Shown: positions 45,101-55,400 of the stretch, piece by piece
Layout: every line of letters starts with the position of its first letter
How positions within the stretch are numbered: the first letter of the stretch is position 1
IMG/VR virus record: IMGVR_UViG_3300043803_001772
Reading direction: 5' to 3' (one strand)
DNA length: 64,000 nucleotides
From: a virus
Lineage: Duplodnaviria; Heunggongvirae; Uroviricota; Caudoviricetes
The notes under the pieces: model-generated
Seen by the model: the letters and a program-made list of their open reading frames with translations, nothing else
Database searches by the model: none
What the model was told of the DNA's origin: nothing
Translations under genes and position numbers: made by a program

Positions 45101-46857
45101 ACGCTTTTATCATTCAATCCACCAATCAAACCTACATACTTAGTCGCATATTGTGTTGATCCTCCATTGGTTGGAAATTGAGATGTAGCTGGGGTAAAAT
45201 TGCCAGTGTATCTAGCCACACCGTTTGTAATTCTAATATTTGATAAATACCCAGGAAAATGCCATACAGCACCATCAACTGAGCTGAATCCACTCTGTCG
45301 ACCAATATACAAATTATTATTAGCACCAGGAGTAACATTTAAATTAATTGAATTCCACGAATATGTACTATCTGTTCCTACAAGTGACCCATTATACCAA
45401 AATTTAATTTGATTTGAAGTTCTGGTTACCGCAACGTGTGCCCAAGTATTTAATGGAATATTAATTGCATTGCTTGAAACACCATAATAATCGGGTACAC
45501 CAAAACTGTTTCCACCTTTTGTTGCAAATGATAATCTATTTCCAGCTTGTACGTTGTATATAAATGAATAAAAAACTCTACTGTTTGAATTTTCCGCAAA
45601 ATAATTTCCCAATTGTATTAATGGTGCATATGTTTCACCTACAGCTGTGGTACCATTTTGCGTCAAATATAAGAAACACTCTATAGTAAAATCATTTGTA
45701 CCTAATAACAACGAAGTTGTATTTGGTGTAGTTAGATAATCACCATTACCATCTAAATAAAGACTACCCCCACTAAATTTAGTTTGCGCCGTACTAATTT
45801 GAGCATTACCATTAGCAGTCATCGTTTTTGGCGATGAACTATTGTCAACAAATGATGTACTTCCGTTGCTTCCGGTGAGGCGTAATAATAAATTTACATT
45901 ATTATAATATTGATCTCCAGGTACAACCGCATAGTCCCATTCTTCTTTAATGTCTACACCCCACTTGTTTCCGCTTAAATTTAGGCCTGTAATAGTGTTT
46001 TGGCTGCCTGATACTACATTGTACAATATGGTTTGCTTAGCTAAACTACCTGTTTGCAACGTTGCGGTACCACTTACACCGCTTGATCCACTGGTACCTT
46101 GTGTGCCTGCTGCACCTGTTCCACTTGTACCACTTGATCCAGGTGTACCAGTTGCACCACTACTACCACTGGTACCAGTTGCACCACTTGACCCACTTGT
46201 GCCTGTGGAACCACTACTACCAGCAGTGCCACTGCTGCCTGATGTACCATTTGCACCACTACTTCCTGATGTGCCAGAAGCGCCACTGCTGCCTGATGAT
46301 CCGTTATTACCGCTTGTGCCACTTGATCCGTTATTACCGCTTGTACCTGATGATCCGTTATTACCACTTGTACCGCTACTACCCACTCCACCACCTGTTA
46401 CATAACTTGCACTTAACGCTTTAAGTGCATAACTGGATGTATTTGTATTTGAACCTATTGGTACTGTTACTATACTACTACTGAAGAAATTGAGTTTTGG
46501 ACTATTATTTGTGACAGTAACTGTAAGTGGATAATTATCAAAATAAATACTCGCGGTACTTACATATATATCTTTCCATTTATTAGTAGCATTACCCAAA
46601 CTATATGTGTTATTTTTAGCGGGTATTAAAGATTGACTTATGGTGGCTAAATAACTAGCAGTAACTGCTTTTCTTGAATAACTAGCAGTAATTGGATAAG
46701 TACTACCAGTTCGTAATGAAGCACCGCCGCCACCACTCGCATTCAACGCATAACTTGCGGTTAATGCTCTTCTTGAATAACTGCTGGTACCACGAAATGA
46801 ACCAGTAAAGCTACCACTTGAAATTAATGCTGGTAATACCTTTGTTAACGTCAACAT
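42160..46857 (-). CDS. giant tail-fibre/adhesin (1565 aa): collagen-like tracts, at least two LamG_3 modules, IPT/TIG-like domain, Gly-rich C-terminus
   Basis: Two G-(S/T)-S tracts. LLLRLTGSNGSTSFVDNS...LYLDGNGDYLTTP and LLLHFDGTNGSTTITDNS...VFFDGTNDYVSIP modules. IPKIKSIIYTNSSY...ITISGSNFKPSASIFID...GTYPIYLMNTDGAS (IPT-like). C-terminal AGGGGGGFAHAGGGGAGG tracts. Confidence 0.6.
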   Translation of the reverse strand: MLTLTKVLPALISSGSFTGSFRGTSSYSRRALTASYALNASGGGGASLRTGSTYPITASYSRKAVTASYLATISQSLIPAKNNTYSLGNATNKWKDIYVSTASIYFDNYPLTVTVTNNSPKLNFFSSSIVTVPIGSNTNTSSYALKALSASYVTGGGVGSSGTSGNNGSSGTSGNNGSSGTSGNNGSSGSSGASGTSGSSGANGTSGSSGTAGSSGSTGTSGSSGATGTSGSSGATGTPGSSGTSGTGAAGTQGTSGSSGVSGTATLQTGSLAKQTILYNVVSGSQNTITGLNLSGNKWGVDIKEEWDYAVVPGDQYYNNVNLLLRLTGSNGSTSFVDNSSSPKTMTANGNAQISTAQTKFSGGSLYLDGNGDYLTTPNTTSLLLGTNDFTIECFLYLTQNGTTAVGETYAPLIQLGNYFAENSNSRVFYSFIYNVQAGNRLSFATKGGNSFGVPDYYGVSSNAINIPLNTWAHVAVTRTSNQIKFWYNGSLVGTDSTYSWNSINLNVTPGANNNLYIGRQSGFSSVDGAVWHFPGYLSNIRITNGVARYTGNFTPATSQFPTNGGSTQYATKYVGLIGGLNDKSVDYGVQKLSDSSLKVVKMTQTTSPFPSGSLSASVDRVYVNVLNYTNVSVTSSYATNALTASYILGGGANGSSGTSGNNGTSGTSGTSSTAGSSGTSGQNGSSGSSGASGSSGSSGNSGTSGTTGSSGSSGNNGTSGSSGATGASGSSGTSGGGASLTTGSLYPITSSWSRRSLTASYALNASGGGSSLAGAQTFISNGSQTVYTLNQSVVNRDQILVVTNGVVQSRTGSNYTVSGTTLTLSEAVQSGGLVDVRYINAGQGSSGTSGINGTVQTGSIAKQTILYNVTSGSQNVITGLNLSGNKWGVDIKEEWDAVIVAGDQYYNSCSLLLHFDGTNGSTTITDNSKNNFTVTAANGAVISTAQSKFGGASVFFDGTNDYVSIPNNAEFNFTSGTFTVELWAYFSSVSGQRVLVTNYQDVTNGWVLQLLNGVVNVNLSGNGQDIIGTTTISTDTWYHIAVSGTAGSYKLFLNGVQEGSTYTGGTTLTSTSALTIGQIVSSGYFVGYIDELRITKGVARYTGNFTPQTSAFPNSIGVTQYATKYIGLIGGLNDRSVDYGVQKLSDSSLKVVKMSQTTSPFPSGSLSSSVDRVYVNVLDYSKVAVTSSYATNALNSVNSLDIPKIKSIIYTNSSYVPTTSSFIDIIKPNTNYITISGSNFKPSASIFIDNTSGSIVTYVNSNKLNVNVISKNEGTYPIYLMNTDGASTFKINAITYITSADQFQYLVLAGGGGGGFAHAGGGGAGGFRTGSLGLLRSVAYTVSVGSGGSAAASRAANGANGSNSVFASITSTGGGGAGSEYKPANPGGSGGGGATQGAGGSGTVSQGNNGGAGSPTSPPYAGGGGGGAGVIGGSYTPGSGGNGGNGLISNISSTPIYYAGGGGGGVYGGNSGVTNRGTGGLGGGGNGNYGNGNGSAGEASRGGGGGGGGYPNESAYNGGSGIVIAKYLSNRTLTIGVGLTSTTVTTGSYKITTFTAGSDTITIS

Positions 46858-46902
46858 ATCATATAAATATCACACTTTAATCAATTTATCAAATTAAGAT
46901 AT

Positions 46903-47607
46903 TTATCTTCCAAACCTAACTCTTGTAGCATTATAGTTTTGAAGCATTTCCGCAGCGGTTAATGCTCTATTGTAAATCATACACATAGACAATGAACTAT
47001 CTAAATATCCAGAAGTCCCTTCAAAGGAATTTAAATATATAAAATCAGGATCTGTTATTAATGGAACATTACCTGTAGAAGTACCAATAGTTGTACTTTT
47101 TAATGTATTATTTATATATATGTTGTATTGAGAACTTTCGTAGTTAAAAACAATATTATACCAAGTTCCAGCAGATAAAGATCCTCCATCATTAACAGCC
47201 GTTCTTTTGTCACCAGGTTCTTGTACAATAGTAATATATTCATTTGCAACACGGCCTGTATTATCCCCAAAACTTATATATTTAATTGTACTACTTTTTA
47301 AATAAATTAAACTTTTACCGACCGATGCGGAATTAATTATTGTAGTTGGTTTAATCCACATACTAATACAATATATATTAAAAGCAGATACTGGATTCAC
47401 AACCGCATAATCATTTGTGCCATCAAATACTATACTACCCATATTACCAGCGTTAAATGTAGGACCATTGGTTAATGTGAGATTTTTACCAGTACCGCTT
47501 AAATCGGTCCAAGTGGTACCAGTGCCAGGATAGCTAAGTTTATTAGCCGCATCCAAACACAATACTAATCCACTTGATACAATTTTTGGTCCTCTAGATA
47601 TACCCAT
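46903..47607 (-). CDS. standalone LamG_3-like protein, copy 3 of cluster 2 (234 aa)
   Basis: GLVLCLDAANKLSYPGTGTTWTDLSG...FDGTNDYA ... MIYNRALTAAEMLQNYNATRVRFGR. Confidence 0.6.
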   Translation of the reverse strand: MGISRGPKIVSSGLVLCLDAANKLSYPGTGTTWTDLSGTGKNLTLTNGPTFNAGNMGSIVFDGTNDYAVVNPVSAFNIYCISMWIKPTTIINSASVGKSLIYLKSSTIKYISFGDNTGRVANEYITIVQEPGDKRTAVNDGGSLSAGTWYNIVFNYESSQYNIYINNTLKSTTIGTSTGNVPLITDPDFIYLNSFEGTSGYLDSSLSMCMIYNRALTAAEMLQNYNATRVRFGR

Positions 47608-47618
47608 ATACAGTATAA

Positions 47619-48302
47619 TTATCTGCCAAATCTACTTTTAACAGCATTATAGTTCTGCAACACTTCAGTAGCACTTAATGCTCGGTTGTATATTTGTACA
47701 CTAGACATATTACCTTTAAATGGTACGCCGAATGTATATTCTTCATCACCGATCACACCATTAAATGCAGACGACGCAGGCGGAACTGCCGTTGTAAATG
47801 ATGTACCCACTTGATAACCATTTTTATACAACATAATAGTAGTTGATGTCGTTGAATATGTTACGCACACTTGTGTCCACGTATTTGTTGCAATTCCAGC
47901 TGCTACTTGTATTTCTGTCGCAGTGCTGGTATGAAAATATGTAAGATTTCCTGATGTGGCTCTATTGATAGTAAATACCCATCCATCACCATTTACACTT
48001 CTTGTTCCACATATACCTGCTCTACTGGTAGTAGTGGGATATATAAATGCACAAATTGTTTTTGAACCTACACCTGATATTTGTGTAGGAAAAGATCCAA
48101 CATAATCATTTGTACCATCAAATAATATACTACCCATATTACCAGCGCTAAATGTAGGACCATTGGTTAATGTGCCATTATTACTATTACCACTTAAATC
48201 GGTCCAAGTGGTACCTGTGCGAGGATAGCTAAATTTATTAGCCGCATCCAAACACAATACTAATCCATTTTCAACAATATCTGGTCCACTTTTTCCTGAC
48301 AT
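47619..48302 (-). CDS. standalone LamG_3-like protein, copy 2 of cluster 2 (227 aa)
   Basis: GLVLCLDAANKFSYPRTGTTWTDLSGNSNNGTLTNGPTFSAGNMGSILFDGTNDYV ... QIYNRALSATEVLQNYNAVKSRFGR. Confidence 0.6.
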   Translation of the reverse strand: MSGKSGPDIVENGLVLCLDAANKFSYPRTGTTWTDLSGNSNNGTLTNGPTFSAGNMGSILFDGTNDYVGSFPTQISGVGSKTICAFIYPTTTSRAGICGTRSVNGDGWVFTINRATSGNLTYFHTSTATEIQVAAGIATNTWTQVCVTYSTTSTTIMLYKNGYQVGTSFTTAVPPASSAFNGVIGDEEYTFGVPFKGNMSSVQIYNRALSATEVLQNYNAVKSRFGR

Positions 48303-48313
48303 ATATATTATAA

Positions 48314-48994
48314 TTATCTACCAAATCTACTTTTAACCGCATTATAGTTTTGCAACACTTCAGCGGCGGTTAATTCTCTATTATATGCCCTAAACGAACT
48401 AATGCTACCTGGAAATTTATAACCAGAATCACCTCTCGTACCAGAAATTCTTCCGTTACCACTATTGAAATTTCTATTTGATGTGAGTTCCGATGATAAC
48501 ACTTGACTCAAACTTTGATTTACGACATTAACATAAATTTTATTATTTGTATATGAAACATCACTTCTCATTACGAATACTATATGTTTCCAATTACCAA
48601 TTATACCCAAATTAGTAACTTGAGTAGATGTTAAACCATAAATATCGCCATTGAATGTATTAAATCCTATAGCTCCAGAAGATGCATATATATCATACAG
48701 ATTAAATCCAAAAAGCATACTATTAGTAGTCGCAGTAGTATATTTTGCCCAAAATTCCAATGTAACTGTTGTGGTTAAATTGGAAATTATAACATCAGCG
48801 TAATCATCTACTCCATCAAATACAATGTTTCCACCATTTGTACTACTAAATGTAGGACCATTGGTTAATGTGCCGTTATTACTATTACCACTTAAATCGG
48901 TCCAAGTGGTACCTGTGCCAGGATAACTACGTTTATTAGCCGCATCCAAACACAGTACCAATCCATTTGACACAATTCTGGGTCCGTAATACAT
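48314..48994 (-). CDS. standalone LamG_3-like protein, copy 1 of cluster 2 (226 aa)
   Basis: GLVLCLDAANKRSYPGTGTTWTDLSGNSNNGTLTNGPTFSSTNGGNIVFDGVDDYA ... RAYNRELTAAEVLQNYNAVKSRFGR. Confidence 0.6.
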   Translation of the reverse strand: MYYGPRIVSNGLVLCLDAANKRSYPGTGTTWTDLSGNSNNGTLTNGPTFSSTNGGNIVFDGVDDYADVIISNLTTTVTLEFWAKYTTATTNSMLFGFNLYDIYASSGAIGFNTFNGDIYGLTSTQVTNLGIIGNWKHIVFVMRSDVSYTNNKIYVNVVNQSLSQVLSSELTSNRNFNSGNGRISGTRGDSGYKFPGSISSFRAYNRELTAAEVLQNYNAVKSRFGR

Positions 48995-48998
48995 AAAC

Positions 48999-49376
48999 TC
49001 AAGATTCTAATTTGGTATATTTTTGTTTTACTGCAAGACACGCATCCAGATAAGTTTGTAATGCTTCTGTATCATTTTTAACAATTGCATCCAAATAATT
49101 TGCCATTGGTGGATATGCATTTTTTCTTAGGTCAGATATGGTTCTTACAACCACTTCTTCATTTATTGTTAATCCCCATTGTTGACAATATGTAAAATCA
49201 TATCCATTGTAACTAGCGAATGGTTCAAACGCTTCATAATTTGTTTTGGATAATACCAAGAAACTGGAACAATCAGTTGTTTGCGCAATAATCACAACAT
49301 CAGTTACTTGTTTTCTTTCTTCTGGTTTACCGAATAATAATTCGAAATTTTGAGATGGTAATTTATAAAGTTTCAT
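48999..49376 (-). CDS. hypothetical protein (125 aa)
   Basis: ORF 1 nt after the next gene's stop. No motif recognised. Confidence 0.4.
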   Translation of the reverse strand: MKLYKLPSQNFELLFGKPEERKQVTDVVIIAQTTDCSSFLVLSKTNYEAFEPFASYNGYDFTYCQQWGLTINEEVVVRTISDLRKNAYPPMANYLDAIVKNDTEALQTYLDACLAVKQKYTKLES

Positions 49377-49377
49377 A

Positions 49378-49986
49378 TTATTCTATCAACTTTGGTTCAT
49401 TTATGTTATTTAATTTCAATGCATCAACAATATCTTTTTGTTCCAACAACATTGTTTCTTTTGGTACTAATCCCACTAACTTTAATGATTCCAGTGTTTG
49501 TGGATTGCTCATTGCGTTTAATAGCTTCGCAGGTGATGGTCTACCATTTGCAATAATTTCTGATTGAATTTCCCGACCAATTGTTACTGTGAATTCATTA
49601 TTTGCATTTGCTTCAAACATTTGGTCGTCTGTATAACCAGGAATTCTGGTGGGTTCAACTATTGTATATAATTCAGCTATTAGTTTTTCCAATATCTTTA
49701 TTTCTTGACGGTTTAATTCAAATGCATGTTTTTGGTCATCCAAATGTGATTCCAATTCTAAAATTTCTGCTTCCAAATTCAATATTACATGCGGTAATGC
49801 AGGTAATTCTTTCAAATGTTTTAGTTCTGCTAATTTGGCTTTATATTTTAAATCCGCAACTTGTTCCAAAACAGCTGCTCTTTTTCTACCCACAAGAAAA
49901 CCTTTTAATGTTTTTAATTTTTCCCACGGGGTACTGCCTATAACTTGATAACGATAATTAAATTCTGAATTCAAATTTGATGCCAT
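49378..49986 (-). CDS. hypothetical coiled-coil protein (about 203 aa)
   Basis: Track ORF 49378-50082 overlaps the upstream giant gene by 74 nt. Trimmed to the internal ATG 49986 (MASNLNSEF...). Start uncertain. Confidence 0.4.
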   Translation of the reverse strand: MASNLNSEFNYRYQVIGSTPWEKLKTLKGFLVGRKRAAVLEQVADLKYKAKLAELKHLKELPALPHVILNLEAEILELESHLDDQKHAFELNRQEIKILEKLIAELYTIVEPTRIPGYTDDQMFEANANNEFTVTIGREIQSEIIANGRPSPAKLLNAMSNPQTLESLKLVGLVPKETMLLEQKDIVDALKLNNINEPKLIE

Positions 49987-50008
49987 ATGTTTGTTTAATA
50001 TATATAGT

Positions 50009-52405
50009 TTATGTAATTGAATAACCCGCTGCTGCTGGACCATGTCTAGCAGTTCCCACTCCAGTTGTATCTGTCGCAACAATACCTGTGTTGCTTACTA
50101 AATTCGTAACAGATGCATTTGCGCTTGTATAACCATAACCAAATACTGCTTTATCTGTACCATATCCAGCTGCTGCTAATATATATCTATTAGTACCTAC
50201 ACCTGTTGTATCTGTCGTAACAATACCTGTATTACTTACTAAATTTGTCATAGATACAGCTCCGCTAGTTATACCATATCCAAAAATAGCTTTATCATTT
50301 CCATATCCCGATGCGGCTAACCAATTTCTAGCAGTACCAACGCCCGTTGTATCTGTCGCAACTACGCCTATGTTACTTACTAAATTCGTCATAGATACAT
50401 TTCCAGAAGTCTTACCATATCCAAAAATAGCTTTATCATTTCCATAACGAGCAGATGATAAACCACTTCTAGCAGTACCAACACCCGTTGTATCTGTCGC
50501 AACTACACCTGTGTTGCTTACCAAATTAGTCACAGATACAACAGCACTAGGATTGTCGTATATAGTAGTACCATAACCAAATATTGCTTTATCGGTTCCA
50601 TATCCAGCCGCTGCTGAATCTCTTCTTGCAGTACCAACACCCGTTGTATCTGTCGCAACTACACCTGTATTACTTACTAAATTCGTCATAGATAAGTTTG
50701 GTCCTGTTGATATACCGTAACCAAATATTGCTTTATCTGTACCATATCCAGCTGCCGATGGAACAGCCCTAGCAGTACCAACGCCTGTTGTATCTGTCGC
50801 AACCACTCCAGTATTACTTACCAAATTAGTCATAGAAAACATTGATACGCCGTCTGTACCATAACCAAATATAGCTTTGGTTGTATTAGTTGTACCTGCT
50901 ATATATGTTATAGCATTTATTTTAAATGTAGACGCACCATCAGTATTCATCAAATATATTGGATATGTTCCAGCCGTTTTTGTTGCTACATTCACATTTA
51001 ACCGATTTGTATTTACATAACTTACTATAGAACCCGTAGTTGCATCAATAAAAACAGATGCGCTGGATTTAAAATTACTACCAGATATAATTATATAATT
51101 ATTACCTTTTACAAGATCTACCGCAGAAGCTGTGGTTGGTGTATAACCACTGTTTGTATAAATAATAGATTTAATTTTGGGAATATCTAATGAATTAACC
51201 GAATTTAATGCATTGGTAGCATAACTGCTAGTCACACTTACTTTAGTATAATCAAGCACATTCACATACACTCTACTAACACTACCACTCAATGATCCAC
51301 TACCAACAATAGGTTGATTTGGATATGTAAGTCTTGTTAGTTTAAGTGAACTATCACTCAACTTCTGCACACCATAATCCACATATTTATCATCAATACC
51401 ACCCACCAATCCCACATACTTTGTAAGCACTTGATTTCTTGAATTTGGAAATGGTGCATTTGGCGGCGTAAAATTAGCGGTATAACGAGCTACTCCCTTA
51501 GTAATTCTTAATTCATCTATATAACCTTGATACAAATATGATGTATCATAATATCCACCAATTGCTAAATATGTACCTGAACAATTACCGGTGGTTGTTC
51601 CCGAACCAACTGATGTACCATTAACATATAATGTAGATGTTCCTGAATTTCTTACTAAAGCAATATGATACCAAGTATTTGTTGATATTACCGCCGTGGA
51701 CGAACCAACCCAAGTTCCAACAACATTAGCACCTAATCCGCCGTTAAGTGGGGAGGCCGAACCATTTATTCCTTGGATTATAATTATACCAGTAGTATAA
51801 CTTGTTTTTAAACCACCCGCTGTATCGGATGTTTGTAAAAATCCTCTTTGAGCAGATGATACATCCGATGAATAAATCCAAAATTCAACTGTAAAATTTC
51901 CTGTACCAAATGCGAAATTGTTTGAACTGTTTGTGCTCAAATAATCACCTGTTCCATCAAAAAATGCACTTGCTCCGCCAAATTTATATTGTGACGTACT
52001 TAAACCAACATTGCCACTTGAAGTAATGGCGAAATTATTTCTGCTATTATCAATAAATCTACCTGCTGCATTCAAACTATCAAAATGGCACAACAAACTA
52101 CAACTATTATAATATTGATCCAAAGTTGCCGCATCCCACTCTTCAACCACATTTACATTCCACTTGTTGCTACTCAAACTTAAACCTGTAATAGTATTTG
52201 TACTACCCGAGGTTACATTGGTCCACAATGTTTGATTAGCAATACTGCCAGTTTGAACTGATCCACCACCGCCTCCACCTCCACTTGAATTCAAAGCATA
52301 ACTAGCTGTCAACGTTCTTCTAGCATAACTACTGGTGCCACTTAATGATCCTGTAATAGATCCATTTGGCTTAATTAGTGATTGTCGTAATCTTGTAAAT
52401 GGCAT
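50009..52405 (-). CDS. tail-fibre/adhesin (798 aa): LamG_3 module, IPT-like domain, C-terminal 6-7 blade YG-repeat beta-propeller-like array
   Basis: FFDGTGDYLST...GYIDELRITKGVARYTANFTP. IPKIKSIIYTNSGY... IPT-like. Six or more repeats AAGYGTDKAIFGYG.TS...S(M/V)TNLVSNTGVVATDTTGVGTAR. Confidence 0.55.
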   Translation of the reverse strand: MPFTRLRQSLIKPNGSITGSLSGTSSYARRTLTASYALNSSGGGGGGGSVQTGSIANQTLWTNVTSGSTNTITGLSLSSNKWNVNVVEEWDAATLDQYYNSCSLLCHFDSLNAAGRFIDNSRNNFAITSSGNVGLSTSQYKFGGASAFFDGTGDYLSTNSSNNFAFGTGNFTVEFWIYSSDVSSAQRGFLQTSDTAGGLKTSYTTGIIIIQGINGSASPLNGGLGANVVGTWVGSSTAVISTNTWYHIALVRNSGTSTLYVNGTSVGSGTTTGNCSGTYLAIGGYYDTSYLYQGYIDELRITKGVARYTANFTPPNAPFPNSRNQVLTKYVGLVGGIDDKYVDYGVQKLSDSSLKLTRLTYPNQPIVGSGSLSGSVSRVYVNVLDYTKVSVTSSYATNALNSVNSLDIPKIKSIIYTNSGYTPTTASAVDLVKGNNYIIISGSNFKSSASVFIDATTGSIVSYVNTNRLNVNVATKTAGTYPIYLMNTDGASTFKINAITYIAGTTNTTKAIFGYGTDGVSMFSMTNLVSNTGVVATDTTGVGTARAVPSAAGYGTDKAIFGYGISTGPNLSMTNLVSNTGVVATDTTGVGTARRDSAAAGYGTDKAIFGYGTTIYDNPSAVVSVTNLVSNTGVVATDTTGVGTARSGLSSARYGNDKAIFGYGKTSGNVSMTNLVSNIGVVATDTTGVGTARNWLAASGYGNDKAIFGYGITSGAVSMTNLVSNTGIVTTDTTGVGTNRYILAAAGYGTDKAVFGYGYTSANASVTNLVSNTGIVATDTTGVGTARHGPAAAGYSIT
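50040..50900. repeat. about 141-bp tandem repeats x6 (YG/beta-propeller-like blades)
   Basis: Recurring gtatctgtcgcaac(t/a)acacctgt(g/a)tt(a/g)cttac(t/c)aaatt(c/a)gtcatagat blocks. Confidence 0.5.
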
Positions 52406-52420
52406 ATTATTATATATAGT

Positions 52421-55400
52421 TTATGTTGTCGAATAACCAGCTGCTGCTATATACCTTCTAGCAGTACCCACTCCCAATGTGTCATTAGCAACCACTCCAA
52501 CGTTTGACACCAAATTAACCATAGATACAACCGTACCAGTTGAACCATAACCAAATATTGCTTTATCACCACCATATCTAGCAGCAGCGGGACTATATCT
52601 AGCAGTACCAACTCCTGTTGTATCTGTAGCAACTACACCTGTGTTAGAAACTAAATTGGTTATTGAATAATAAGTACTACCATTCCAACCAAATCCAAAT
52701 ATAGCTTTGTCCGTTCCATATCCAGCAGCAGTTAAATCATATCGTGCAGTACCAACTCCTGTTGTATCTGTTGCAACTACACCAGTATTACTTACCAAAT
52801 TTGTCATAGATACAACCACACTAGTATAACCATAACCAAATATAGCTTTGTCCGTTCCATATCCAGCAGCAGCTAAATTAGTTCTAGCAGTGCCTACACC
52901 AGTTGTATCTGTAGCAACCACGCCTGTGTTGCTTACCAAATTAGTCATAGACACAACAACACTAGTATAACCATAACCAAATATAGCTTTATCGTTTCCA
53001 TATCCCGAAGCTGCAAGAGCAACTCTAGCTGTGCCTACACCAGTTGTATCTGTAGCAACTACACCTGTGTTACTCACTAAATTAGTCATAGATACAGCAA
53101 CACTAGTTATACCATATCCAAATATAGCTTTATCACCACCATATCCAGCAGCTGCTAACTGGTATCTAGCAGTGCCTACACCAGTTGTATCATTTGCAAC
53201 TACGCCTGTATTACTAACTAAATTCGTAATCGATACATTTATGCTTGTTAAACCATAACCAAATATAGCTTTGGTTGTATTATTTGAAGCAGGCAGTAAA
53301 TAACTCGCGGTCAATGATCTTCTTGAAAAACTGCTACTAACAGAAGATCCACCACCTAAGTATCTGATATCAACATTTGAACCTGAAGGAGCATTTTCTG
53401 TCAAAGTCAAAGTGGAACCTGAAACTGTGTAGCTGTTTATTCTAGATTGAACCAAACCATCTAATATTACTAAAATTTGATCATTATTAGCCGCACTTTG
53501 TGTTAATTTCAATTGACTCACAGACGCAGTTAATACAAATGTTTGAGCCAAAGATAATGCAGGAGTAGAACTAGTACCACTAGTACCACTACTGCCAGGA
53601 GACCCAACTCCACTTGTTCCACTACTTCCACTAGTACCTGATGTACCAGATGTACCACTTGATCCACTAGTGCCACTCGCACCACTTGTACCACTTGATC
53701 CAGCTGCACCTCCCAATACATAACTCGCGGTCAACGCTCTTCTTGAATAACTGCTAGTACCAAAGAAGCCAACTGCATTTCTTCTGCTACTAGTAAATTG
53801 ACTGCCGCTTATGTTACCTTGAACGTGCAACTTAACAGCTGGATTTGTAGTACCTATACCCAAATTGCCACTTCCGCTCAATCTCATAACTTCAGTGAAA
53901 ACCGTTGGGCTTGTGGATTTATACCATATATGCCTATTACCTGAATAATATCCTACAGCGCCATCATTAACACTTAATCCAGCAATAAACGCACCATCGT
54001 CATATATTGTAATTTTATTTGGTCCTCTTACTGTATCATTAAAGTCATTATTAAATATTAATCTTTTAGCGAGTCTGTAATTTGAAGTATTGCTCAATCC
54101 GAGTCCCCCACGAACAGTTATACTCCCCGTCATTTGAAGACCACCCTCGGATTTAATTGAAGTACCGGTTGCGGAGCTGCTTATATGTAATTTTTGTACA
54201 GGATTTGTAGTACCTATACCCAAATTACCACTTCCACTCAATCTCATAACTTCGGTGAAAACTGTTGGACTTGTAGATTTATACCATATATGATTATTAC
54301 CAGAATAATAACCTACCGCATTGTTATGAACACTTAATCCAGCAATAAATGCGCCGTCATCATATATTGTAATTTTATTTGGACCCCGAGCTGTATCACT
54401 AAAATCATTATTAAATATTAATCTATTAAAAGAACTATAATTTACAGCTGCACTGCTACCTTGTGTACCTTGAATGTACTCATTGCCATTGTAAATATGT
54501 AATTTAGCACTTGGCGTAGCAATACCTATGCCAACGCTACTACCACTTACAACCAACGCATTGGTACCATAAGCACCAGCAACAATTCTGTTATTGCTAA
54601 ACACTTCCAATATTGGAAAACCAGCTATAGTATTTACACTAAATAAACTACCACTCAAATTATCTGTAACTTCAAATAAAGTACCACTTCCACCATCTAC
54701 CTTTAACACACTTGCATTGCTTCCACTTCTATATACCTGTAATCTTGATACCAAACTACTTGAAATAGCACCTATACCAATAAAAGCAGATCCACTTTCA
54801 AAAATAGGAGTAAATGTTTGTCCCACCGCAGAAGCATTATTATACTTAACAAATCTATTGGTTGTACCCGCACCAATAGCACTTGTTTTGCTAGCAGTTA
54901 TAGGATAGGTACTACCAGTTCTTAATGTACTACCACCACCCCCACCACTAGCATTCAACGCATAACTTGCAGTCAAAGCTCTTCTAGCATAACTTGCAGT
55001 ACCTAAGAAACCTATAGCATTTCGTCTGCTTGATGTAAATTGACTACCACTCACATTTCCCTGAATGTGTAGTTTAGCACTTGGTGTGGCAATACCTATG
55101 CCAACGCTACTGGCACTCACAACCAACGCATTTGTACCATAAGCACCAGCAACCATTCTATTGTTACTAAATACTTCCAATATTGGAAAGCCTGCTATGG
55201 TATTTACACTAAATAAACTTCCGCTCAAATTGTCAGTAACTTCAAATAAAGTACCACTACCGCCATCTACCTTCAACACACTTGCGTTACTTCCGCTACG
55301 GAAAACTTGTAATCTTGATACTAGACTAGTTGAGATTGGACCCACACCAACAAAAGCAGATCCACTTTCAAAGATAGGAGAAAAAGACTGACCAACTGTA

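Noticed and set aside
34681-48994. Diversity-generating retroelement (DGR) targeting the LamG/lectin paralogs
   Set aside because: No reverse transcriptase ORF, no template/variable repeat pair with adenine-specific mismatches, and the variability spans the whole central region rather than a short C-terminal VR.
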